64,000 nt of DNA. Origin: Spirochaetia bacterium. Lineage in GTDB: Bacteria; Spirochaetota; Spirochaetia; CADAEX01. Position numbers and translations under genes: made by a program. Under the pieces are notes generated by a model. It ran no database searches and was not told the origin of the DNA. It saw only the letters and a program-made list of their open reading frames with translations. The stretch is taken from positions 1,248,001 to 1,312,000 of the forward strand of contig OY759746.1 of NCBI GenBank assembly GCA_963662795.1, read 5' to 3'. Position 1 is the stretch's first letter; every line of letters begins with the position of its first letter. Positions 9,668 through 18,163 of this stretch are shown piece by piece.

Positions 9668-10051
9668 TCAGCTTATTTCGGAGTTTTCACCGGGAAAACA
9701 TTCATAATTTTTTTTTGATTTCTTTATCAGAACATTTACAGCTGAAAGATACCTTTCATCTTTTCTGTTATCCCTGAGTTGATAATAACTTGTCCTGTCC
9801 CACCTGGGAAGAAAGGAAAACAGGCTTCTGAATTCGTCCAAACTGAACTCAGTATCCTTTCCGCTCAGACGGTATTTTTTTATTATCAATGTCTCTTTAT
9901 TCTCATCAATTTCTGCGGGGTGAGAAATTTCCCGTATAATATTCTCTTTTTCATAATAAATATATTCAGAAGCAGTTATTTCCCTGTCAATTACTGTTAT
10001 GATCAGGTTTAAGAGGCTGTATTTTCTGGTTTTTCCTTCGTAATTACCCAT
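9668..10051 (-). CDS. Hypothetical protein
   Basis: 127-aa ATG ORF, 18 nt upstream of and co-oriented with ktrA; no recognisable motif. Confidence 0.55.
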   Translation of the reverse strand: MGNYEGKTRKYSLLNLIITVIDREITASEYIYYEKENIIREISHPAEIDENKETLIIKKYRLSGKDTEFSLDEFRSLFSFLPRWDRTSYYQLRDNRKDERYLSAVNVLIKKSKKNYECFPGENSEIS

Positions 10052-10166
10052 ACCGTAAAAAATTTACCGGTTTTTATAATTCCCGTCTATTTATAAAGCG
10101 TTTAAATTTCAAGGAGTTATATTAATTTTTTATTAATTTTTTTTATTTGTTTCTATCTATATTTAA

Positions 10167-11645
10167 TCAAATTACTATGTCTTCATATTCCATATCTATC
10201 TTTTTTTCTTCACGTCTAAAGAGGACAATTCCAAAAGTTATCGGCCCGATACGACCGATAAACATAAGAATAATTATTATCGCCTTCCCCAAAAAAGAAA
10301 GGGAGCCTGTAATGCCGGTACTAAGCCCGACAGTACCGAGAGCCGATGCAGCTTCAAAAAATATTTGCTCGTATGTAAATGCCTCCGCAGTTAATAACAA
10401 AAATATTCCAAAAAACAGTATGGAAAAATAGAATACAAAGATTGCCGTAGCCTGTATTATCCGATCATACGGAATAGTTCTCTTCAGTAATTTTATCTGA
10501 AATACTTCTCCAAATATTGAATTTAATGCAATGTTTTTTTCTAAAACATTATTGTTCAAGTTAATCTCCTTTTTCTTTTTAAAATATTTTTGTATTAAAC
10601 TTTTTCCTTTTTTATCAGCAGATAAATCTTGCTGATAATTTATATATTCTTTTTGAAATGAAAAAACGCTGGAAATAACCCCAAACATACTGCTGACAGT
10701 TGTTGATTTAATTCCCCCTCCTGTTCCTGAGGGCGAGGCACCTATTATCATGAGAATTGTCAATATAAAAAGTGAGGAAGATTTTAGTTCGCCGATAGAT
10801 ATTGTATTAAAGCCGACTGTCGTCAATGCAGTCATAGCCTGAAAAAACGCTTTTAAAAGAAAATTCCATTCAATCGTTTTTTGGGGTATGCAATTCTCCA
10901 GAAAAAGGAATAATGTACCAAAAAATAATAAAACAATTGTTATAGTCAGTATAATTTTACTTGTAAAAGTTATTTGCTTCTTTTTTCCGCGAACAAGAAG
11001 CCATATATCTACCATGACAATATAACCAATAGCTCCAAGGAAGCTTAAAACAAAAATTATTATATTGATCGGTTTACTTCCGGAGTATTGTTCGAAACTG
11101 TCATTATAAAGACTGAATCCCGCCGTGCAAAAAGCCGAAATACTATGGAATATGGAGCTCCAGACAGGATTTACTCTTCCATCATTCCACAACAAAGGCA
11201 TAAGAAACAATGCTCCGAGAATTTCAACAATTATCGTATAAATCACCAGACTCTTTATAAACTTTTTAATACTGAAATCTTTTGGCAGGCTGAAGGCTGT
11301 TTGATGTATAACTTCCCGCTCCGGTGATAACGCCTTTCTTGAAAAAAGTATTATAAATGATCCAAAGGTCATATATCCCATGCCGCCAATCTGGATCAAA
11401 ATGATGACAACGATTTGCCCCAATATTTTATAACTGTCAACAACACTGATTGTAACAAGACCGGTTGTTGAAATTGCAGATACCGAAATGAAAAAACTGT
11501 CAATAACTGAAACATTTATTTTTCGGAAAGCCGGAAGCGATAATAATAAAACGCCAATAACGGTATAGGCTAAATATCCCCAGAATAGGAATATTTCCGG
11601 TTTTTTGGTTTTAAGGAACAAATGAAGCATAATATCCTCACCCAC
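10167..11645 (-). CDS. TrkH/KtrB-family K+ transporter (copy 2)
   Basis: SAISTTGL, SAFCTAGFS, TALTTVGFN, SALGTVGLS; GASPSGTGGGIK; MFIGRIGP. Start may be the ATG about 5 codons in, after a GAGG RBS. Confidence 0.92.
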   Translation of the reverse strand: MGEDIMLHLFLKTKKPEIFLFWGYLAYTVIGVLLLSLPAFRKINVSVIDSFFISVSAISTTGLVTISVVDSYKILGQIVVIILIQIGGMGYMTFGSFIILFSRKALSPEREVIHQTAFSLPKDFSIKKFIKSLVIYTIIVEILGALFLMPLLWNDGRVNPVWSSIFHSISAFCTAGFSLYNDSFEQYSGSKPINIIIFVLSFLGAIGYIVMVDIWLLVRGKKKQITFTSKIILTITIVLLFFGTLFLFLENCIPQKTIEWNFLLKAFFQAMTALTTVGFNTISIGELKSSSLFILTILMIIGASPSGTGGGIKSTTVSSMFGVISSVFSFQKEYINYQQDLSADKKGKSLIQKYFKKKKEINLNNNVLEKNIALNSIFGEVFQIKLLKRTIPYDRIIQATAIFVFYFSILFFGIFLLLTAEAFTYEQIFFEAASALGTVGLSTGITGSLSFLGKAIIIILMFIGRIGPITFGIVLFRREEKKIDMEYEDIVI

Positions 11646-11941
11646 AAAGATCTAATATTCTGCGTTTCAGACTGCTTCAATATTAATCATTATGGTTGAT
11701 TCAGTAAATTTAATATTTGTTAATAAAATCTTCTTTTCTGTTAATATTTCATAAATATTTTTCCACTATACTTCAGTAATTCACTTGCTGTAATACAATT
11801 TTTCCGCCCGTCGGCCGGAGCAGCAATGTAATCTTCATGGAGGTATTGCCAATAAAGGAGTCTCGTCAAGCAATGTTATCTGCTGTGCACAGGCCTCTTG
11901 TACGGGCCGCATTGCACCGACAAGCATGACCTTTTCTATTA

Positions 11942-12210
11942 TGTGGGTCATGACCAGGGGTGACAAATCTCCCGATTTTAACTTATTTCTGAGAATTTCT
12001 ACAGAGGTTTTACCTGAAAGTAAACAATGGGACCTGTGCGAATTATAAACATCTCTCATTCTTTAAGTTTTTCTTCAAGGTCCATGTCTCCCTTGTATCC
12101 CGCTGGCTGAGAGAATTCTTCCTTAATTTGTTCGATGTGACCTTTGAACCTTCCCATCAAGCCCTGGAGTTGCCGGCTTAATATAAACATGCTTATCCCA
12201 AATTTTGATT
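11942..12210 (-). mobile_element. Degraded IS481-family element: transposase C-terminus and right end
   Basis: Across two frameshifts the minus strand reads KHVYIKPATPGLDGKVQRSHRT / KEEFSQ..DLEEKLKE* / YNSHRSHCLLSGKTSVEIL, the IS481 integrase-core pattern. It is followed by TGTCACCCCTGGTCATGACCCACA, an IS481-like end. Confidence 0.72.
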
Positions 12211-12340
12211 TCTTTATTCGTTATTCGTTTCCTGTAAGGATCCATAATACATCTCGGTTAATATTTTATCAGATATGTCAAACCGGGCTCTGATTTTTAT
12301 AAAGCATAATTCATGAGGCCATGGGATATAGAAAAAATCA

Positions 12341-12376
12341 AAACACACCCATATTTCATGGAATATAGGTGTGTGT
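12341..12376 (-). terminator. Stem-loop, probable terminator after the MutS-like fragment
   Basis: acacacccatatt-tcatgg-aatataggtgtgt imperfect inverted repeat, T-rich tail on the minus strand. Confidence 0.45.
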
Positions 12377-12408
12377 AATCGAAGAGCACTGGCACGGGTT
12401 TTAATACA

Positions 12409-12705
12409 TCATCTTTTAGTATTGAATATCTTTTGATACAGGTCTTCACCAAAAGCCGTCCGGGCGGGGTTCACCGGTATCAGTTTAAAGATGCGCTCAC
12501 CGATATCCAGACGCTGCGGCCGTAGAAACTGTACCTGCGTAGCATCAAGAAAGGCCGGTGAACAGTTATAGAGGTGAGTAACGGAAACAACCTCTACATC
12601 GCTTTCGACAAGCGCCTGTATTATTTGACGACATATTCCCGAGCCTTCACGCTCGTTGGTGACGGCAAAGGATTCTTTTAACAGCATGAGAGAGCCATTT
12701 TGCAA
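12409..12705 (-). pseudogene. C-terminal fragment of a MutS-domain-V-like ATPase
   Basis: LLKESFAVTNEREGSGICRQII..VTHLY..FLRPQRL..FKL..GEDLYQKIF matches the C-terminus of stand-alone MutS-like ATPases; Walker A and the N-terminus are missing. Confidence 0.72.
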
Positions 12706-12773
12706 ATCTTCTGATATGACAGAGATATTTGGTGATATTTCACAGCATTTTCTTTGTCGACGGCATAATTAGT

Positions 12774-13589
12774 ATGGAGATTATTAATCTTTTTTTTAAA
12801 GCGCTACAATATGATTTTATTCAAAAAGCTTTATTAAACGGAATCTTTATGTCAGCGACAGCAAGTTGATTGGGTAATTTTTTAGTTTTAAGAAAACAAT
12901 CTTTAATCAGCGATGGACTTTCTCATGTCAGTTTTGCAACTGTTTCTCTTTGTTTCTGGCTTGTCGCCGTTATTGGTTTCCATCCTGCTTGTTATCTTTG
13001 CTTCAATATTAATTAATAAACTGAGTGAAAAAGCGAATATTTACAGTGATGCCTCAATTGAATTGGTTTTGGCTTTAAGCATTGCTATTGGCGTAGTCGT
13101 CATCAGTATAGGCAGGGGTTCCAGCATAGATAGGTACAGTTATCTATGCTGGAAGTATATTGGCGATAAGTCAGTTCGAAGTTATTTTATCTGTAGTTGT
13201 TTCTGTTTCTGCCACATTTTTAATAGTTTTTTTTTAACAATCTTTTTTTAATAACTTACGATGAAGATTATGCTCATATTTCAAAAGTTAAAATAAAATC
13301 GATAAATATCATTTTAAGAGTTATCCAATCGATAACAATTGTTGTTGGAATAAAAATAGTTGGCGCTATGCTAATCTCAAGGCTTAGCACATTCCCTGCA
13401 ATAAGTGCTTTACAAGTTGCTGATAATTTTAAAAGAATGATATTAATATTTTTATTGATATCGATTATATCTGTCGTCATAGAAGTATTTTTGTCTTTTG
13501 TGTTGAATTTCCCGACAGGCGCAACAATTGTTTTAATTAATGGTTTGATATTTACAGTTTTCTATTTATTGAAAAAATTGGAGAAATAA
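12774..13589 (+). pseudogene. Frameshifted metal (Zn/Mn) ABC permease, ZnuB-like
   Basis: Pieces in different frames: LQYDFIQKALLNG, LGNFLVLRKQSLISDGLSHVSFA, SIAIGVVVIS, ITYDEDYA, VGIKIVGAMLIS, NFPTGATIVL; several stops and frameshifts. Confidence 0.8.
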
Positions 13590-13692
13590 AACGGCATCCA
13601 TGGCGCAGCGTTCTGGTATTACAATGCTCGCCACGGCAGATAACAGCATATTATGCCTGTTTCCATTGGGGGAACTAATGCTTTTGTCTCTA

Positions 13693-14484
13693 TTATTCTT
13701 CTTTTTTCTTTTTACGCAGAAAATCGAACGCGTTTTTTATCCTGCCGCCTTTTTCCATTATATTACGTAAAGTGCTGCTCTCTTTAATAGTACGGAAGGA
13801 AACGCCCCTGGGAACTGTGTTAAAGAGACACAGACACCAGGCAGTTTCATTTGCGCTGGTAACAACCGGGTAAATTGTTCCGTCATCCATACTTATCTCC
13901 TTTCTTGACTCAGCAGCGGCGGATATCATTTCCTTTATTTCCCGGTCCTTTATAAAAACGTCGATTGAATGTCCTGCAAGTTCTTCAGGCTCAGCCTTAA
14001 ATTTTTCAGCGAATTTTAATGTGCTGAATACAATTTCTCCTGAAGCCATAACAACTGCGGCTGTCATATCTGAAGTATCAATAATTTTCTTTACAAGGTT
14101 ATGAAGAGAACTTATCCGCATGGCCCTTTTTTCGCTTATGCTGTTCATTTCAAGAAGGATATCCGCGATCTGTGTTCCTATTCTTCCAAGTTTCCGGAGG
14201 CCTAAATCAGGAGAGTGGCCGGTATTTCTGCTCATTATCAGTATTTTATCAAGCGCTTTCCCGAAAAGGTAGCTCCTTAGGATCGTTCCTATACCGGCAA
14301 ATAATACTATGATTGAAAAAATCAAACCGGAAAGGAAAATGTTTTCCGCCAGGAATTTAAGTTTTTCCGGAGAAAAGGAGTCTGCCCTTGATATTATAAA
14401 ATATGAATAGGATGAAAGAATTAATAATAAAACTGTCATTAAAATTATAAAAATAATTATTCCGGTTTTTTTTACAAGTATCAT
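13693..14484 (-). CDS. Hypothetical membrane protein (2 N-terminal TM, possible HAMP/PAS-like cytoplasmic part)
   Basis: Two hydrophobic helices, then a coiled segment and a PAS-like stretch (AAVVMASGEIVFST..EELAGHSI); begins 2 nt after the ktrA copy 2 stop. Confidence 0.65.
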   Translation of the reverse strand: MILVKKTGIIIFIILMTVLLLILSSYSYFIISRADSFSPEKLKFLAENIFLSGLIFSIIVLFAGIGTILRSYLFGKALDKILIMSRNTGHSPDLGLRKLGRIGTQIADILLEMNSISEKRAMRISSLHNLVKKIIDTSDMTAAVVMASGEIVFSTLKFAEKFKAEPEELAGHSIDVFIKDREIKEMISAAAESRKEISMDDGTIYPVVTSANETAWCLCLFNTVPRGVSFRTIKESSTLRNIMEKGGRIKNAFDFLRKKKKEE

Positions 14485-14486
14485 GT

Positions 14487-15179
14487 TTATTTACCAGCCC
14501 CGATAAATTCATCAATATCACTATTTTTCCCTACAACAACAAGGACATCATTTTCTTCAAGAAACCTGTTCTCTTCAGGCTGTATAACAATCTCTTTTTT
14601 GGAAGGATTCCCTTCTTCATCCAGATCAGTAACAGTTCTTTCTATCATGACAAGTGATAAACTGAACTTTTTCTTCAGCTGCAGGTCATCAGCTTTTTTA
14701 CCCTTCAATTCTTTAGGGAGAAAAAGCTCGGCTATGCTTATATCTGCTGAAATCGGTATCCTGTCAAGCACTTCCGGCGCTATAAGCCGGCTGGCAACCC
14801 TTATCCCCTCATCGACTTCCAGGTTCAGCACCTCGTCCGCTCCGACCTTTTTAAGTACCTTATAATGCATTTCCGAGACAGCTCTTGAGACTACATAGGG
14901 GACAGACAGCTGTTTTAATATTGCGGTAGTCAGGATACTGGCTTCAATATTGTCTCCTATTGCAACTATCGCATAGTCAACTTCACTTATTGAAGCTCCT
15001 GAAAGGGCTCTTTCATCTGTGGAATCAAGAAGGACCGCGCTTGTTACATTATCAGTAATCATATCAACAAGGTCCGGGTTATTATCGATGGCAATAACCT
15101 TTCCCCCTTTTTCCATAAGAGTCGAGCACAGCTGTCTGCCGAATGAGCCGAGTCCGATTACCGCAAATACCTTATCCAT
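14487..15179 (-). CDS. TrkA/KtrA-family RCK regulatory subunit (copy 2)
   Basis: AVIGLGSFG, IVAIGDNIEASIL, VGADEV, RCK_C domain; GGAG RBS. Confidence 0.92.
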   Translation of the reverse strand: MDKVFAVIGLGSFGRQLCSTLMEKGGKVIAIDNNPDLVDMITDNVTSAVLLDSTDERALSGASISEVDYAIVAIGDNIEASILTTAILKQLSVPYVVSRAVSEMHYKVLKKVGADEVLNLEVDEGIRVASRLIAPEVLDRIPISADISIAELFLPKELKGKKADDLQLKKKFSLSLVMIERTVTDLDEEGNPSKKEIVIQPEENRFLEENDVLVVVGKNSDIDEFIGAGK

Positions 15180-15241
15180 TGCCTACTCCTTTATAAAATA
15201 CTGAACCAATCCTGTCTCAAATCCCGGCAGAAAACCTGATC

Positions 15242-16960
15242 CTACCCGATTGAAATTTCTGCCTCGGGATATCTGTGAAGAATTTTACTTTTAGTTTCCG
15301 AACCGATTGAAGCTACAATTGTAAGAGGCCCGAGTCTTCCGATAAACATCAATAAGATTATCACAACTTTCCCTGCGGCAGTAAGTGATGATGTTATTCC
15401 GGTTGAAAGTCCCACAGTCGCGAATGCGGAAACTGTTTCAAAAAGAATATCAAGCGGTGGGGCTTTTTCTGTGACAAGAAGGAGAAAAAACCCTGTTATT
15501 ACAGCCGTCAGGCCGAGTGATAAAATTGAAAACGCCTTGAGAACCGTCTGAACTCCAATCTCTCTGCTGTATATTGTTATATTATTCTCTTTCCTGAAAA
15601 AGGATTTAAAATAGGAATAAAGGACTGCAATCGTATTTACTTTTATACCTCCGGCAGTACTTCCGGAAGCCCCGCCGGCAAACATGTAAAGAATCATTAT
15701 AAACACAGTTACGGGCATAAGCGAAGAAAAAGATATGGAATTAAAACCGGCAGTCCTTAATGTTACGGACTGGAAAAAGGCGGACAGATACTGAACACCA
15801 AGCGGTTCTTCCTTCAGGAGGTTTCCATGTTCAAAAAAATAAACCAGAAACATTCCGGAGAAAATGAGAAAAACAGTATATCCGAGAACAATCCTCGAGT
15901 TGGTACTTAACGAATCCTTTTTATATATACCTGTTATGAAGCTTTTTATTTTAGTAAACAGACTCGACCAGATATCTGTCATTACTGAAAAACTTATTCC
16001 TCCCAAAATTATCAGAAATGCTACAGTAAGCACTATAGCCGGATTTGAGGAAAACTGTTCAAGACTGTCTGAAAAAAGGGCAAAACCTGCGTTGCAGAAG
16101 GCTGAAACCGCGTGAAACACAGAATAAAAAATCCTCTCGCCGAATGACCTTCTACCGGTAAAGGAATAGAACAGTATTACCGCGCCTGCCGCTTCTATCA
16201 GCAGAGTAAGGCCAACAATATTCTTTACCATTGCTGATATTTTTGTCATATCATCCTCATTAATCATATAAGATATGAGTTTTTTATTTTCAAGCGAGAC
16301 AGATTTCCTGAACATGAAAACAGTAGAAAAAGAGAGGATCATTATTCCAAGTCCGCCTATCTGAATAAGAAGCATAATTATGATTTTGCCCCAGGTGGTG
16401 AAGTAAACAGCCGTATCAACCACAATCAGACCTGTTACGCATACTGCGGATGTTGCGGTAAAAAGGCTGTCAAGGATAGAAAGAGAACCGCTCCCGGCCG
16501 AGGCAAAAGGCATTGCCAGAAATATTGTCCCGGCAGCAATTACTGTCAGAAAACTTATCACAATAGTCTGCGCAGGATTTATTAATATATTCTGAAGAAA
16601 ACTGCTCAGTTTCCCGAATTTTGAAAATACCCTGAACAGAATAAGTGTATTTCTGAATATAATAATCGCTGCAATTCCGGAAAAAAAGGTCTGCCTGGTG
16701 TAATATAAAAGAAATTTATCAGATATAAACAGAATAATATAAAAAAACAGAAGCAGAGAGGCGATCAGATTATGGGAGAGATAAATTCTTTTGTATTTTG
16801 CCTTCATCAAAGAGAAAAAAAATTCGGAAAGAGCTGTAATTATGATAAGAAGATCTATTATTCTTCCTGTCAGCTGAGCCGAAGGAAAAGATGAGAACTG
16901 CTCAAGGTAGAAAGAGGCTGCTCCCAGAAAAAGCACGGCAAGTGTGACAATAGTTTTCAA
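15242..16960 (-). CDS. TrkH/KtrB-family K+ transporter (copy 3) with an N-terminal membrane extension of about 125 aa
   Basis: SAVCVTGL, SAFCNAGF, TLRTAGFN, SAFATVGLS, GGASGSTAGGIK, C-terminal EISIG. Confidence 0.92.
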   Translation of the reverse strand: MKTIVTLAVLFLGAASFYLEQFSSFPSAQLTGRIIDLLIIITALSEFFFSLMKAKYKRIYLSHNLIASLLLFFYIILFISDKFLLYYTRQTFFSGIAAIIIFRNTLILFRVFSKFGKLSSFLQNILINPAQTIVISFLTVIAAGTIFLAMPFASAGSGSLSILDSLFTATSAVCVTGLIVVDTAVYFTTWGKIIIMLLIQIGGLGIMILSFSTVFMFRKSVSLENKKLISYMINEDDMTKISAMVKNIVGLTLLIEAAGAVILFYSFTGRRSFGERIFYSVFHAVSAFCNAGFALFSDSLEQFSSNPAIVLTVAFLIILGGISFSVMTDIWSSLFTKIKSFITGIYKKDSLSTNSRIVLGYTVFLIFSGMFLVYFFEHGNLLKEEPLGVQYLSAFFQSVTLRTAGFNSISFSSLMPVTVFIMILYMFAGGASGSTAGGIKVNTIAVLYSYFKSFFRKENNITIYSREIGVQTVLKAFSILSLGLTAVITGFFLLLVTEKAPPLDILFETVSAFATVGLSTGITSSLTAAGKVVIILLMFIGRLGPLTIVASIGSETKSKILHRYPEAEISIG

Positions 16961-17038
16961 TCTTTAAACCCTCTGGAATACATTATAGCATTTATAAAGC
17001 AGCAAATTCCATATCGGAAATAACGCGGGAAAAACCAT

Positions 17039-18163
17039 TCATCCATACCGTGATTCAAGGTATTTTTTGAAAGCGTAAAGCGCATCCTTGAAATTCTTTC
17101 TCCCGAGTCCGAGCCTGAAGTACCTGTCGTCATAGTCAAAAAGTTTTCCGGGGAGCATAAGAAGGTCATGCCCTTTGACAAGGTCACGTGAAACATCAGA
17201 TGCACTTATATTCCCCCTGAAAGAGGGAAAGGCGACAGAGCTCCCCGACGGCTCGTTCCACTGGAGAATGTTTTCAAGATCTTCAAATACTCCTACCGCA
17301 TAATCAATATTGCTTCTTATTATATCCCTGCTCCTTCCGATGAAAAAATCCCTGTGCCGGAGCGCTATACGGGCAAGGTGCTCAGAAGGGGCGCTGCTGC
17401 ATATTGTTGTATAATCCTTAAGGTGTGCTACCTTGCTGTAAAGATCTTTTTTCTTTGTCGCAATCCAGCCTATTCTCAGCCCGGGAAGACCGAAGGATTT
17501 TGACATGCCGAAGAGTGATACACTGTCTTCGTAAACTGTACACATGGAAGAAAGCGGTTCCCTGTAGTCATGCTCAAGAAGCCAGTACATCTCATCGGAG
17601 AAAATAAATATATTGTTTTTCCGGGCAATATCAATTATTTCCCTGTATTCATCTGATGACGGCATAAATCCTGTCGGGTTATGGGGAAAGTTTACAAGTA
17701 TTGCCTTGACCGGCTTTTCCCTGATTGTTTTTTTAAGAAAATCTATATCAATCTCCCAGTTTCCGTCCCTGCTTAAGAGAGACCACATAACAACCTCGCA
17801 TCCGGCTGCCCTGGGAATTTCCACAAGGGACTGATAGATCGGAGAAAGCACAACAATCCTGTCCCCTTTTTCAAAAAGGGAATTGAGTGTCAGATAAATG
17901 CATTCTTCAGGAGCCGCGACAAAAATCTCATCCGGCGCATAACCGCTGTAAAGATTGGCAATTTCCTCTCTCAGTCTGATGCTTCCGCTCGACTCGGTAT
18001 AGCCGAACGTCATGTTCATGAATTCCTTTTTTTCCTCATAATCAAGAAGATCGAAAAGTGTATTCAGAGAAATTGATTCGCAGTCTGAATTGCTCAGCTG
18101 CCTGTTGATGGAAAACTCATATTCCGCGAAATATCTCTCAAGTCTGAATGGTTCATATTTCAA
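17039..18163 (-). CDS. PLP-dependent aminotransferase class I/II
   Basis: GYTESSG, NFPHNPTG, FSDEMY, GMSKSFGLPGLRIGW (PLP Lys), RLGLG. Confidence 0.9.
   Translation of the reverse strand: MKYEPFRLERYFAEYEFSINRQLSNSDCESISLNTLFDLLDYEEKKEFMNMTFGYTESSGSIRLREEIANLYSGYAPDEIFVAAPEECIYLTLNSLFEKGDRIVVLSPIYQSLVEIPRAAGCEVVMWSLLSRDGNWEIDIDFLKKTIREKPVKAILVNFPHNPTGFMPSSDEYREIIDIARKNNIFIFSDEMYWLLEHDYREPLSSMCTVYEDSVSLFGMSKSFGLPGLRIGWIATKKKDLYSKVAHLKDYTTICSSAPSEHLARIALRHRDFFIGRSRDIIRSNIDYAVGVFEDLENILQWNEPSGSSVAFPSFRGNISASDVSRDLVKGHDLLMLPGKLFDYDDRYFRLGLGRKNFKDALYAFKKYLESRYG

Noticed and set aside
11645-11830. c-di-AMP (ydaO) riboswitch upstream of trkH copy 2
   Set aside because: Only a CTGAATC word matches; the GC-rich helices and other conserved motifs are absent.
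11835-12059. 74-aa ORF as an independent gene
   Set aside because: Its first half is the IS481 transposase tail and the rest reads through the element end.
12913-13589. Two small intact membrane proteins
   Set aside because: They are consecutive fragments of one frameshifted ZnuB-like gene.
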